Shown piece by piece: positions 34,796-45,900 of a stretch of 64,000 nt of DNA (position 1 is its first letter; each line of letters opens with the position of its first letter). The stretch spans positions 2,128-66,127 of the forward strand of contig DATAYZ010000148.1 of NCBI GenBank assembly GCA_036272295.1. Direction: 5' to 3'. The notes below the pieces were generated by a model. The model was not told where the DNA came from. It searched no databases and saw nothing but the letters and a program-made list of their open reading frames with translations. The stretch is from Steroidobacteraceae bacterium. GTDB taxonomy: Bacteria > Pseudomonadota > Gammaproteobacteria > Steroidobacterales > Steroidobacteraceae. Made by a program: the position numbers and the translations under genes.

Positions 34796-35971
34796 ATGTC
34801 AAGGAAAGCTCTGCCGGATACGGGCGGGTGCCGCCGGGGCCGGCGCGCGGCGGTGAATGCGATGCTGGGCTTGAGCGCGCTGCTCGGCCTTGCCGCCTGC
34901 GGGGGCAGCAAGCAGCAGGGGTCGGCGACCGGGGAGTCGAGCCGGGGCGGCAAGGTCGTCAACCTCTACATCTGGTCCGACTATCTGGCCGCGAACACGC
35001 TCTCGGACTTCGAGAAGCAGACCGGCATCAAGGTCAACGTCGCCTATTTCGACACCAACGAGACGCTCGAGACCAAGCTCCTCGCCGGCAACAGCGGCTA
35101 CGACGTGGTCGTGCCCACCGCCTCCTACTTCGAGAGGCAGATCAAGGCCGGCGTCTACCTGACGCTCGACAAATCCAAGCTGCCGAACCTGAAGAACATG
35201 GATCCGCAGCTGATGGCCAAGGTCGCGCTTCACGACAAGGACAACGCGCACGGCATCATCTACATGTGGGGCACCAACGGCATCGGCTACAACGAGAAGA
35301 TGGTGCGCGAGGTCATGCCGGACGCACCGCTCGACAGCTGGCGGCTGGTGTTCGATCCCGCGGTCGCCGCAAAGCTCGCCAAGTGCGGCATCAGCGTGCT
35401 CGACTCGCCGGCGGAAATGATGCGCGCGGTCTACAGCTATCTCGGCAAGGATCCGAACTCGCAGAGCGCCGATGATCTCGCCGTCGCCGAGGGAGTGCTC
35501 GCGAAGATCCGCCCGTACATCCGCAACATCAACTCCTCCGAGTACATCGAGGCTCTTGCCAACGGCGATCTGTGCATTGCGGTCGGCTACAACGGCGACG
35601 TGATGCAGGCGCGCGACCGGGCGCGGGAGGCGAACAAAGGCATCGAGATCAAGTACACGGTGCCGAAAGAGGGCTCGATCCTCTGGTTCGACATGATGGC
35701 GATCCCGAAGGACGCCCCGGATGCCGACAACGCGTATGCCTTCCTCAACTACATCATGACCCCCCAGGTCATCGCCGACATCTCGAACCGCAAGCGGTAT
35801 GCCAACGGCAATGCGGCCTCGACGCCGCTGGTGGACGATGCGGTCAAGAACGATCCGGGCATCTATCCGCCGCCCGAGGTGCGCCAGAAGCTCGCCGTCC
35901 AGCTCGCGGATTCGGCCGACCAGACCCGCGCCATCACGCGTGCGTGGCAGAAATTCAAGACGGGCCAGTAG
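34796..35971 (+). CDS. potF: polyamine (putrescine) ABC transporter substrate-binding lipoprotein
   Basis: Lipobox LGLAAC. NLYIWSDYLAANTLSDFEKQTGIKVNVAYFDTNE...YDVVVPT...WGTNGIGYN. ATG at 34796 (the track ORF begins at TTG 34793). Confidence 0.85.
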   Translation: MSRKALPDTGGCRRGRRAAVNAMLGLSALLGLAACGGSKQQGSATGESSRGGKVVNLYIWSDYLAANTLSDFEKQTGIKVNVAYFDTNETLETKLLAGNSGYDVVVPTASYFERQIKAGVYLTLDKSKLPNLKNMDPQLMAKVALHDKDNAHGIIYMWGTNGIGYNEKMVREVMPDAPLDSWRLVFDPAVAAKLAKCGISVLDSPAEMMRAVYSYLGKDPNSQSADDLAVAEGVLAKIRPYIRNINSSEYIEALANGDLCIAVGYNGDVMQARDRAREANKGIEIKYTVPKEGSILWFDMMAIPKDAPDADNAYAFLNYIMTPQVIADISNRKRYANGNAASTPLVDDAVKNDPGIYPPPEVRQKLAVQLADSADQTRAITRAWQKFKTGQ

Positions 35972-35974
35972 CAC

Positions 35975-37108
35975 ATGGCCTCGAGCGCAGCGGCCAAAGC
36001 TGAGCCCTGGAAGGATCCGGGTGCACGCCCGTACGTGCAGGTCGAGCGCATCACCAAGAATTTCGGCGAATTCAAGGCGGTCGATGACGTCTCCCTGAGC
36101 ATCTACAAGGGCGAGATCTTCTGCCTGCTCGGCGCATCGGGTTGCGGCAAGACCACGCTCCTGCGCATGCTCGGCGGGTTCGAGACCCCGACCTCCGGCC
36201 GGATCTACATCGACGGCGAGGACATGACCGGAGTGCCGCCCTACGAGCGCCCGGTCAACATGATGTTCCAGTCGTACGCGCTGTTCCCGCACATGACGGT
36301 GGAGCAGAACGTCGCCTTCGGCCTGAAGCAGGACCGGATTCCCAAGAGCGAGATTCGCGACCGGGTCGGCACGATGCTGAGCCTGGTCAAGCTCGGAGAC
36401 TTCGCCAAGCGCAAGCCGCACCAGCTTTCCGGAGGCCAGCGGCAACGCGTGGCCCTGGCACGCTCGCTGGTCAAGCGGCCGAAGCTCCTGTTGCTGGATG
36501 AGCCCCTGGGCGCGCTCGACAAGAAGCTGCGCGAGCACACACAGTTCGAGCTGATCGGGCTGCAGGACAAGCTCGGGGTGACCTTCGTGGTGGTGACCCA
36601 CGACCAGGAGGAAGCCATGACCCTGGCGAGCCGCATCGGCGTCATGAACCACGGGGAGATCGTCCAGGCCGGGACCCCTTCCGAGATCTACGAGTTCCCG
36701 AGCTCCAAGTTCGTGGCCGACTTCATCGGCTCGGTCAACATGTTCGAGGGCAAGCTGATCGAGGACGAGCCGGAGTACGTGCGCATCGGCTCTGAGGAGC
36801 TCGGCGGCACGATCTACGTGAGCCACGGCATCAGCGCGCCGCCGGAGGCCACGGTGTGGGCCGCGGTGCGGCCCGAGAAGATCTTCATGTCCACCGTGCC
36901 GCCGGAAGGGGATGACAACGTCACGCGCGGCGTCGTACAGGACATCGCGTATCTCGGCGACCTCTCCATCTATCTGATCAAGCTCGCCACCGGCAAGATC
37001 GTCCGCGTCACGCAGCCGAACACCTCCCGGCATGCCGAGGCGATCGGCTGGGACCAGGAAGTCTATCTGTGCTGGGATGCCACCAGTCCGGTGGTGGTCA
37101 CGCGCTGA
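35975..37108 (+). CDS. potG: polyamine ABC transporter ATP-binding protein
   Basis: Walker A GASGCGKTT, Q-loop MMFQSYALFPHMTV, signature LSGGQRQRVALAR, Walker B LLLLDEPLGALD, TOBE-like C-terminus. Confidence 0.9.
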   Translation: MASSAAAKAEPWKDPGARPYVQVERITKNFGEFKAVDDVSLSIYKGEIFCLLGASGCGKTTLLRMLGGFETPTSGRIYIDGEDMTGVPPYERPVNMMFQSYALFPHMTVEQNVAFGLKQDRIPKSEIRDRVGTMLSLVKLGDFAKRKPHQLSGGQRQRVALARSLVKRPKLLLLDEPLGALDKKLREHTQFELIGLQDKLGVTFVVVTHDQEEAMTLASRIGVMNHGEIVQAGTPSEIYEFPSSKFVADFIGSVNMFEGKLIEDEPEYVRIGSEELGGTIYVSHGISAPPEATVWAAVRPEKIFMSTVPPEGDDNVTRGVVQDIAYLGDLSIYLIKLATGKIVRVTQPNTSRHAEAIGWDQEVYLCWDATSPVVVTR

Positions 37109-37144
37109 TATGCAGGCCCCCGGCAGCTTCGCGGATGCCCCTGC

Positions 37145-38092
37145 GTGCGCTCCCATGAGCATGCCGCCCGCTTGTCCGTGAGAGCCCGCCCTCTGCTCGA
37201 GCGCTTCGGCGTGACCGGACGCGGCCTCGTGATCCTGCTCCCGTACCTCTGGCTGCTGCTGTTCTTCGTCGTACCGTTCGTCATCGTCCTCAAAATATCG
37301 TTCTCGGACGTCGATCTCGCGATACCGCCGTACAAGCCGCTGATCGAGTGGGTTGGCAAGAACGCGCTCGCCATCAAGCTCAACTTCAACAACTATGCAT
37401 TCCTGTTCACCGATCGCCTGTACGTCAATGCGTTCCTGAACTCGATCAAGGTCGCGCTGCTGTCCACGCTGATGTGCATCCTGGTGGGCTATCCGATGGC
37501 CTACGGCATCGCGCGGGCGCGGCCCACGGTCCGCAACCTGCTCCTGCTGCTCGTCATCCTGCCGTTCTGGACGTCGCTGCTGCTGCGGGTTTATGCCTGG
37601 ATCGGCCTCCTCAAGGCGAACGGCGTCATCAACAACATATTGATGGCGCTCAAGGTGATCCACGAGCCGATCACCATGCTCTACACGCCCTTCGCCATGT
37701 ACGTAGGCATCGTGTATTCCTACCTGCCGTTCTTCATCCTGCCGATGTACGCCAATCTCGAGAAGATGGACTGGCAGCTGCTCGAGGCGGCGGAGGATCT
37801 CGGCTGCCGCCCGTGGCAGGCGTTCTGCAAGATCACGCTGCCGCTCTCGCGCAACGGCATCCTCGCGGGCTCGATGCTGGTTTTCATCCCCGCGGTGGGT
37901 GAGTTCGTGATCCCGGCGCTGCTCGGCGGTCCCAACGCCCTCATGATCGGACGCGTGCTCTGGGACGAGTTCTTCGCGAACCGCGCGTGGCCCGTGGCGA
38001 GCGCCGTTGCGATCGTGCTGCTCCTGCTGCTCGTCCCGTTCATGATGTGGTACCAGAGCGTGCAGGCGCGCGAGACGGCGGGCGCGCGATGA
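37145..38092 (+). CDS. potH: polyamine ABC transporter permease
   Basis: Multi-TM. EAA loop LLEAAEDLGCRPWQAFCKITLPLSRNGI. GTG start at 37145 is uncertain. Confidence 0.85.
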   Translation: MRSHEHAARLSVRARPLLERFGVTGRGLVILLPYLWLLLFFVVPFVIVLKISFSDVDLAIPPYKPLIEWVGKNALAIKLNFNNYAFLFTDRLYVNAFLNSIKVALLSTLMCILVGYPMAYGIARARPTVRNLLLLLVILPFWTSLLLRVYAWIGLLKANGVINNILMALKVIHEPITMLYTPFAMYVGIVYSYLPFFILPMYANLEKMDWQLLEAAEDLGCRPWQAFCKITLPLSRNGILAGSMLVFIPAVGEFVIPALLGGPNALMIGRVLWDEFFANRAWPVASAVAIVLLLLLVPFMMWYQSVQARETAGAR

Positions 38093-38922
38093 ACCAGCGG
38101 CGCTCGTATTTCATCATCACCGCGCTCGCGTTCGGATTCGCATTCCTTTACGTCCCGATCCTGTCCATGATCGTGTTCTCCTTCAACGCATCCAAGCTCG
38201 TGACGGTGTGGGACGCGGCGAATTCTCCCACCCTCAAGTGGTACCGCTCGCTGCTGACCAACGAGGAGATCCTCGACGCCGCGTGGATATCGCTCAAGGT
38301 GGCCGTGATCAACGCATCAGGCTCCGTGATCCTCGGCACGCTTGCCGGCTTCGGGCTGGCGCGCTTCAGCCAGTTTCGCGGCCGCTTCACCCTGAGCGCC
38401 ATGACCACCGCGCCCCTGGTCATGCCCGAGGTGATCACCGGCCTGTCGCTGCTTCTCCTGTTCGTGGCGCTCGAGCAGCTCATCGGGTGGCCCGCGGGAC
38501 GCGGCATCACCACCATGACCATCGCGCACATGACCTTCTCGATGGCCTACGTGACGGTCATCGTCAATTCGCGGATGGCGACCTTCGATACCGCGCTCGA
38601 GGAAGCCGCGATGGACCTGGGTGCCCGGCCGCTCAAGGTGTTCTTCGTTATCACGCTGCCGATCATCTTCCCGGCGATTCTTTCCGGCTGGCTGCTGGCC
38701 TTCACGCTGTCCTGGGATGATCTCGTGATCTCGAGCTTCACCTCGGGCCCGGGCTCGAGCACCCTGCCGATGGTGGTGTTCTCCAAGGTGCGCCTCGGCG
38801 TCAGCCCGGAGATCAACGTGCTCGCGACGCTCACCATCAGCGTCGTGAGCCTGATGATCGCCGCCGTGAGCTGGTGGATGTCGCGAGCGGCCAAGCAAGC
38901 CAGGGCGGTCGCCGCGCAGTAG
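38089..38922 (+). CDS. potI: polyamine ABC transporter permease
   Basis: ATG at 38089 overlaps the potH stop (ATGA). EAA loop LEEAAMDLGARPLKVFFVITLPIIFPAI. Confidence 0.85.
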   Translation: MNQRRSYFIITALAFGFAFLYVPILSMIVFSFNASKLVTVWDAANSPTLKWYRSLLTNEEILDAAWISLKVAVINASGSVILGTLAGFGLARFSQFRGRFTLSAMTTAPLVMPEVITGLSLLLLFVALEQLIGWPAGRGITTMTIAHMTFSMAYVTVIVNSRMATFDTALEEAAMDLGARPLKVFFVITLPIIFPAILSGWLLAFTLSWDDLVISSFTSGPGSSTLPMVVFSKVRLGVSPEINVLATLTISVVSLMIAAVSWWMSRAAKQARAVAAQ

Positions 38923-39223
38923 CGCCGGGACGGTCGCCACGCGGTGCGGCCAAGGCAGCCGGGAGATATAATGGCCGGGCACTCGGGGGGCGATGGCCAT
39001 GCAAATGCTGCTGAGAGCAATGGGCGTCAGGATCTGGGCCCGGTCGGTCCCTCTCGCCCGGCCAGACCGCCGCGGCAGGCCCCGACATCGATCCGCGCGT
39101 AATCAAGTTGTGCCGGGTGTTCGTCGGGATCTACGATTGAGGACCGCCCGGGACGAATCGATCGAGGGGATGCGCCGAAGCGAAGCGATCGCTCGGGCGC
39201 GCTTGAAACCAAGGTAAATCAAC

Positions 39224-40051
39224 ATGGCTGACCCGCTCGATCCCTTGCAACACGCCAAGGAGACCTTGTTCGATCTCGCGATCCGCTTCGGGCCGAAGCT
39301 CGTGGTCGCGATCCTGATCGTGGTGGCGGGAGCGGTGGTGGCCGGCTGGGTCGGGCGGGGAGTGGACCGCGGGCTGCACCGGTTCGACCTCGAGCCGCCG
39401 GTACGCCAGCTCCTGAACCGCCTCGCGCGCCTGTTGGTGATCGCGGTGTTCCTGATGATGGCGCTGCAGAACATGGGGGTCGAGCTCCTCCCGCTCATCG
39501 CCGGGCTCGGCGTCGCCGGCGCCGGCATCGCGCTCGCGACCCAGGGCGTGCTGAGCAACGTCGTGGCCGGCTTCACCATCATATTCACCAAGCCGTACCG
39601 GGTGGGCCAGTACATCGCCGTCGCCGGCGTCGAGGGACAGGTGGAGCAGATCACCCTGTTTTCCACCGTGCTGTTGCACGCCGACCGATCGACCGTGGTC
39701 GTGCCGAACCGCAAGGCGGTGGGGGAGATCCTGCACAACTACGGCAAGATCCGCCAGGTGGAAGTGCTGGTGGGCGTGGCCTACGAGTCCGACCTCGCGG
39801 CCGCGCTCGGCACCATCCGTGAGCTCGTCGCCGCCAATCCGCGCGTGCTCGCGGACCCGGCGCCGCTGATCCAGATCACCGCGCTCGGCGATTCCGCGGT
39901 TCAGATCGCGGTGAAACCCTGGGTGGCCGTGACGGATTTCGGCGCCGCTTCCGGCGAGATCAATCTGTCGTTGCTGCAGCAGCTCAAGGAGCGCGGCATC
40001 GGCATTCCCTATCCGCAGCGTGAAGTGCGATTGATCGGCGGTGCCGCCTGA
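39224..40051 (+). CDS. small-conductance mechanosensitive channel (MscS family)
   Basis: 275 aa. Three TM helices, then GVLSNVVAGFTIIFTKPYRVGQYIAVAGVEGQVEQITLFSTVLLHADRSTVVVPN. Confidence 0.85.
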   Translation: MADPLDPLQHAKETLFDLAIRFGPKLVVAILIVVAGAVVAGWVGRGVDRGLHRFDLEPPVRQLLNRLARLLVIAVFLMMALQNMGVELLPLIAGLGVAGAGIALATQGVLSNVVAGFTIIFTKPYRVGQYIAVAGVEGQVEQITLFSTVLLHADRSTVVVPNRKAVGEILHNYGKIRQVEVLVGVAYESDLAAALGTIRELVAANPRVLADPAPLIQITALGDSAVQIAVKPWVAVTDFGAASGEINLSLLQQLKERGIGIPYPQREVRLIGGAA

Positions 40052-40119
40052 GTCTGCGCCGAAGCAAGCCGGAACCGGCCGACGCGAGCGCGGCCGGCGG
40101 TCCTCGATCGCCGCGGCCG

Positions 40120-41265
40120 ATGCGCGACTTTGCGCTCGAGGTGTATTTCTCCAAGTGGGAGTTCGCCGCACGCTACAACCTGTCGGGCTCGGACAGCGAG
40201 AGCCTGAGCGTCGGGGAGCTCCTGGCCATGGCATCCCCCGCCGAGCGGGCCGAGCTCGAGAGCACGCGCCTCGGCTACACGGAGACGTTCGGCTCACCGG
40301 CGCTGCGCGCCGCGATCGCGCAGACCTACGATGAGGCGGACGCGGAGCATCTGCTCTGTTTCGCCGGCGCGGAGGAGGCGATCTACACGGCGATGCGCGT
40401 GCTGCTGAGCCGCGGCGATCACGCCATCGTGATCACGCCGAACTACCAGGCGGCCGAGACCGTGGCGCTCGGCCAGTGCGAGGTCACCGGCGTGCCGCTC
40501 GATGCGCAGCGCGGCTGGGATCTGGATCTCGACCGGGTGCGCGCCGCGCTCGAGCCCAACACGACGCTGATCTCCATCAACTTCCCCAACAACCCGACGG
40601 GCAAGATCCTGCCGCGCGCGACCTTCGACGGCCTCGTCGAGATCTGCCGGGAGCGCGGTTTGTGGCTGTTCAGCGACGAGGTCTATCGGTCGATCGAGAG
40701 GGACCCTGCCCGGCGGCTGCCCCAAGCGGTGGATGCCTACGAGCGCGGGCTGTCGCTCAACGTGATGTCGAAAGCGTACGGGCTTCCCGGCCTGCGCATC
40801 GGCTGGCTCGCCTGCCGGGATCGCGGTCTGCTGGTGCGCTTCGAGCGCTACAAGCACTTTCTCTCGATCTGCAATTCGGCGCCGTCGGAAGTGCTCGCGC
40901 GCATCGCCCTCGAGAATCGCGGGCGGATTCTCGACCGGAACCGCGCCATCGTGCGCGACAACCTGGTGCTGCTCGAAGGGTTCTTCGCGGCGCACCAGCC
41001 GCTGTTCGAATGGCGCGTACCGGATGGCGGCTGCATCGGCTTCATCCGCTACAAGGGCGCGGAGGGCGTCGAGGAGTTCACGCGCCGCCTCGTGGAGGAG
41101 GCGGGCGTGCTGCTTCTTCCCTCCAGCGTGTACCGCTCTGAGCTCGGGCCGGTGCCGCAAGATCATTTTCGGATTGGGTTCGGGCGCCTCATCGTGCCTC
41201 GCGCGATCGAGGCGCTCGCAGCTTGGTTGGAAGGCAGACATCGACGGGAAACTCCTGGAGGATGA
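40120..41265 (+). CDS. class I/II PLP-dependent aminotransferase
   Basis: FPNNPTGKIL, LWLFSDEVY, SLNVMSKAYGLPGLRIGW (PLP lysine), RIGFGR. Confidence 0.8.
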   Translation: MRDFALEVYFSKWEFAARYNLSGSDSESLSVGELLAMASPAERAELESTRLGYTETFGSPALRAAIAQTYDEADAEHLLCFAGAEEAIYTAMRVLLSRGDHAIVITPNYQAAETVALGQCEVTGVPLDAQRGWDLDLDRVRAALEPNTTLISINFPNNPTGKILPRATFDGLVEICRERGLWLFSDEVYRSIERDPARRLPQAVDAYERGLSLNVMSKAYGLPGLRIGWLACRDRGLLVRFERYKHFLSICNSAPSEVLARIALENRGRILDRNRAIVRDNLVLLEGFFAAHQPLFEWRVPDGGCIGFIRYKGAEGVEEFTRRLVEEAGVLLLPSSVYRSELGPVPQDHFRIGFGRLIVPRAIEALAAWLEGRHRRETPGG

Positions 41266-41267
41266 CG

Positions 41268-42917
41268 ATGAACGTAGGGACGAAAGCGGGATTCGGGGCC
41301 GCCTGTGCGGCGGTGGTGCTGGCGGTGTCCGTCGCGGCGGCGGCAAATGCGCCCGAGGCCAAGGTGGAAGTCGACGTGGACAAGCAGGACCATGGCAAGT
41401 TCGAGCCCTTCAAGCCGGAGCAGGTGACGAGCTCGGGCAGCGTCAACATCGGCGGCCAGAACATCGGCTACCAGGCGATCGCCGGCACCCTGATCGTTCA
41501 CCCCAAGGATTGGGACGACGTTTCACGCGACCCCAAGACCGGCAAGACCTCGACCGACGATGAGAGCAAGAACCCGACGGCGGAAGCCTCGATGTTCTAC
41601 GTGGCGTACTTCAAGAACGGCGCCGGAGCGCGCCCCATCACCTTCCTGTACAACGGAGGGCCGGGCTCCGCGTCATTCTGGCTGCACATGGGCGCATTCG
41701 GCCCGCGGCGCATCGTGACCGCGACCGACATGCACACGCCGGCGGCGCCGTACTCCCTGGTCAGCAACTCCTCCAGCCTGCTGGACGCGTCGGATCTCGT
41801 GTTCATCGACGCGCCCGGCGTCGGCTTCAGCCGCATCGCCGGCAAGGACAAGGAAAAGGCGTTCTACGGCGTCGATCCGGACGCCTACGCGTTCTCGGAG
41901 TTCATCTCGCAGTTCCTCACCAAGTACGGGCGGTGGAATTCGCCGAAGTACCTGTTCGGTGAGAGTTACGGGACGCCGCGCAGCGCCGTGCTGGTGAACA
42001 TGCTGGAGAGCGAGCGCTCCACCGACTTCAACGGCGTGATCCTGCTGTCCCAGATCCTGAACTTCGACCTGAGCCCGGACCGGCCGGAGGTCAATCCGGG
42101 CATCGACATGGCCTACGAGACCGTGTTGCCCACCTACGCGGCGACGGCCTGGTATCACCACAAGCTGCCGGGCGATCACAAGGATCTCGAATCGCTGCTG
42201 ACCGAGGTGGAGACCTTCGCGATGGGCGACTATGCGCGGGCGCTTTCCGCAGGATCCGACCTGAGCGCCGCCGACCGCAGCGCCATTGCCGACAAGCTGC
42301 ACCAGTACACCGGCCTGCCGGTCGAGTACATCCTCAAGGCGGATCTGCGCATCGACGGCGGCGAGTTCCGCCAGACGCTGCGCAGCGACGACAACATGTC
42401 CACCGGCCGCCTCGACAGCCGCTTCTTCGGCCCGGACCTCGACCCGCTCGCGCAGCGCGCCGACTACGACCCGCAGGCGAGCGCGCTGAGCTCGGCCTAC
42501 GTGTCGGCGTTCAACGAGTACGCGCGCAAGGAGCTGCACTACGGCGACGGCCGCACGTTCAAGTCGAGCATCCCGATCTTCCGTACCTGGAATTTCGAGC
42601 ATCAGTATGCGGGCTCGCCGCAGATGCCGCTCTCGGCGCGCTACGGCTCGAACGTCATGCCGGACCTCGCCAACGCCATGATCGTCAATCCCAACCTGAA
42701 GGTGCAGTTGAACGCCGGCTACTTCGACATGGCGACGCCGTTCTACCAGGGGATCTACGAGATGCATCACCTGCCCATCCCGGCGAAGCTGCAGTCGAAC
42801 ATCGAATATAGATTCTACGACTCGGGGCACATGGTGTACGCCAAGGAGGCGTCGCTGAAGCAGCTGCACGACAACGTGGCCGGGTTCATACGCCGCACCA
42901 GCAACCTCGGCAACTAG
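41268..42917 (+). CDS. peptidase S10 (serine carboxypeptidase) family, secreted
   Basis: ATG at 41268, 7 nt after GGAGG. Signal peptide MNVGTKAGFGAACAAVVLAVSVAAAANA. FLYNGGPGSASFWLHMGAFGP, FIDAPGVGFS, FGESYGTP (GESYG nucleophile), DSGHMV. Confidence 0.8.
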   Translation: MNVGTKAGFGAACAAVVLAVSVAAAANAPEAKVEVDVDKQDHGKFEPFKPEQVTSSGSVNIGGQNIGYQAIAGTLIVHPKDWDDVSRDPKTGKTSTDDESKNPTAEASMFYVAYFKNGAGARPITFLYNGGPGSASFWLHMGAFGPRRIVTATDMHTPAAPYSLVSNSSSLLDASDLVFIDAPGVGFSRIAGKDKEKAFYGVDPDAYAFSEFISQFLTKYGRWNSPKYLFGESYGTPRSAVLVNMLESERSTDFNGVILLSQILNFDLSPDRPEVNPGIDMAYETVLPTYAATAWYHHKLPGDHKDLESLLTEVETFAMGDYARALSAGSDLSAADRSAIADKLHQYTGLPVEYILKADLRIDGGEFRQTLRSDDNMSTGRLDSRFFGPDLDPLAQRADYDPQASALSSAYVSAFNEYARKELHYGDGRTFKSSIPIFRTWNFEHQYAGSPQMPLSARYGSNVMPDLANAMIVNPNLKVQLNAGYFDMATPFYQGIYEMHHLPIPAKLQSNIEYRFYDSGHMVYAKEASLKQLHDNVAGFIRRTSNLGN

Positions 42918-42935
42918 CGAACCGCGAGGGTTTCG

Positions 42936-42961
42936 GGAGGGTCCGCGGAGGCGGGCCCTCC
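42936..42961. terminator. stem-loop between convergent genes (candidate terminator)
   Basis: GGAGGGTCC gcggaggc GGGCCCTCC: 9-bp stem with one G-U pair on the plus-strand RNA. Lies between stops at 42917 and 42991. Confidence 0.3.
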
Positions 42962-42990
42962 TGCATCGCGGAAGGCGGATTCCCGGCCGG

Positions 42991-45900
42991 CTACACGAGC
43001 ACGCGCTCGATGCCTCCGTCGTTGGCGCGCCGCACGTACTCCGGCAGCCAGTCGGCACCGAGCACGTGCTTGGCGATCTCGACCACGATGTAATCGGCGT
43101 CCGTCTCGGTGTCGTCGTTGTAGCGCTTGAGACCCTGCAGGCAGGAGGGGCAGGAGGTGAGGATCTTGACCTCGCCGGCGTGGCCTTCCGCGCGCAGCCG
43201 CCCGACGTCGGCGCGCAGCTCCTCCTCCTTGCGGAAGCGCACCTGCGTCGAGATGTCCGGCCGCGTGAGCGCGAGGGTGCCGGATTCTCCGCAGCAGCGG
43301 GCGCTCGCAGCGATGCGGCCGTTGCGCTCGGCGTTCATCAGGGTGTTCACGACCTCGAGCGGCTCATGTCTCTTCATGGGTGAGTGACAGGGGTCGTGAT
43401 AGAGATAGCGGACCCCCGTCACGCCCTCCAGCCGAACGCCGCGCTCCATCAGGAATTCGTGGATGTCGATGATCCTCGAGCCCGGGAATATGTCCTCGAA
43501 CTTGTAGCCCTGCAGCTGATCGAAGCAGGTCCCGCAGCTCACCACCACGGTCTTGATGTCGAGGTAGTTCAGGGTGTTGGCGACCCGGTGGAACAGCACG
43601 CGGTTGTCGGTGATGATCTTGTCGGCCTTGGCGAGGTCGCCCGCTCCCCGCTGCGGATAGCCGCAGCAAAGGTATCCGGGCGGCAGCACCGTCTGCACCC
43701 CCACGTGCCACAGCATCGCCTGGGTGGCGAGGCCGACCTGCGAGAACAGCCGCTCCGAGCCGCAGCCCGGAAAGTAGAACACGGCCTCCGCGTCCGCGGG
43801 GGTGGCGCGCGGGTCGCGGATGATGGGGACGTAGCTGCGATCCTCGATGTCCAGCAGCGCGCGGGCGGTGCGCTTCGGCAAACCGCCGGGCATGCGCTTG
43901 TTGACGAAGTGGATCACCTGCTCCCTGATCGGCGCGGCGCCGGTGGTGGCGGGCGGACGGGCGGTCTGCCGCCGGGCGAGCGTGCGCAGCGCGCGATGGG
44001 CGGTGCGCTGGAGGCGATAGCCCCAGTCGATCATGAGCTTGCGCGCAAGCTTGATGGTCTCGGGGCGGGTCGCGTTCAGGAACAGCATCGAGGCCGCGGT
44101 CCCGGCGTTGAAGCGCTTCTTGCCCATGCGGCGCAACAGGTCGCGCATGGCCATGGACACCTCGCCGAAGTCGATGTCGACCGGGCAGGGCGACTCGCAC
44201 TTGCGGCAGAGCGTGCAGTGGTCGGCCACGTCGTTCAGCTCGTCCCAGTGGCGCAGCGACACGCCGCGGCGCGTTTGCTCCTCATATAGGAACGCCTCGA
44301 TGAGGAGCGAAGTCGCGAGAATCTTGTCGCGCGGCGAGTAGAGCAGATTCGCGCGCGGCACGTGGGTCGCGCACACCGGCTTGCACTTGCCGCATCGCAG
44401 GCAGTCCTTGACGGCGTCGGAGATGGTGCCGATGTCGGACTGTTGCATGATGAGGGATTCGTGCCCGAGCAGGTTGAAGCTCGGCGTATAGGCGCGCCGC
44501 AGATCGGCGCCCGGCATCAACTTGTGCAGGTTGAACCGGCCCTCCGGATCGATGCGCCGCTTGTAGGCGCGGAACGCCTCGAGCTCGGCCTCGGTCAGGT
44601 ACTCGAGCTTGGTGATGCCGATGCCGTGCTCGCCGGAGATCACGCCGTCGAGGCGGCGCGCGAGGCGCATGATGCGCGCCACGACCTGATTGGCGGTATG
44701 CAGCATCGCATAGTTGTCGGAGTTGACCGGAATGTTGGTGTGTACGTTGCCGTCGCCCGCGTGCATGTGCAGGGCGACGAAGACACGCCCCTGCAGCACG
44801 CGCCCGTGCAGCGAGTCGCACTCCGCCAGCACGGGCGCGAACGCGCCGCCGGCGAAGATGCGCTCGAGCTCGGCCCGCACCTCGCGTTTCCAGCTGACCC
44901 GGATGCGGCGATCCTGCAGCCGGTCGAACACCGTGCCTTCATCGCTCCACAGCCCGTCCATGCCGAGCGCCTCGAGATCCGCGCGGGCGTCCGCGAGCGG
45001 GACATCCATGGCGCCGAGCAGATGCCGCCAGCGCTCGCCCACGGCCGCGAGCAGGCGGCGTGCCTCGCTCTTGCGGCCCGTGTCGACGTCGGCGGTCTTG
45101 CCGCCCTTCACCTCGCCGGCGAAATACCCGTCGAGCACCCCGAGGAGATCGAGCTTGTTGCGGATCGACAGCTCGATGTTGATGCGCTCCACGGCGTCGG
45201 TGTACTCGCCCAGCCGCTTGAGGGGGATGACCACGTCCTCGTTGATCTTGAAGGCATTCGTGTGCTTGGCGATGGCGGCGGTGCGGGCGCGATCCAGCCA
45301 GAACTTGCCGCGTGCCTCGGCGCTGACCGCGACGAAGCCCTCGCCGCCGCGGGCGTTGGCGAGCCGCACGACCTGGGATGCCGCGGCCGCCACGGCGCCA
45401 TCCTCGGCGCCGACGATGTCGCCGAGCAGCACCATCTTCGGCAGCGCGCCGCGTTTCGACTTGGTCACGTAGCCGACGGCGCGCAGGTAGCGCTCATCCA
45501 GATGCTCGAGGCCCGCCAGCACGGCACCGCCGTCCAGCGCGGTCGAGCGGAGGTGGCGCGTGATCTCGACGATCGTCGGCACGGCCTCGCGCGCCTGGCC
45601 GAAGAATTCCAGGCACACCGTGCGCGTGTGCGCAGGACGCTCGTGCAGGATCCAGCGCGCCGCGGTGATCAGCCCGTCGCAGCCCTCCTTCTGCACGCCC
45701 GGCAATCCGCCGAGAAACTTGTCGGTGACGTCCTTGCCGAGACCGGTCTTGCGGAACGCCGCGCCGTCGATGTCGAGCCGCGTCCGCTTCAGGACCGGGG
45801 CCTCGTCGGGCGGCGCGCGGCCGTCCTTCCACGCGAGATCGAAGCTCGCGGTCGCGGCCTCATGGATCTTGCCGAGGTTGTGCTCGAGACGCGTGACCTC

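Noticed and set aside
34799-37663. 954-aa minus-strand ORF
   Set aside because: It is antisense to potF/potG/potH, all of which have clear ABC-transporter motifs. It is a shadow ORF.
38923-39223. 300-bp gap after potI containing a TATAAT (38966-38971) and the track ORF 38993-39217(+)
   Set aside because: The ORF product is Arg-rich and implausible. I found no -35 partner, tRNA-like fold or conserved structure, so it is left unannotated. It may simply hold the mscS promoter.
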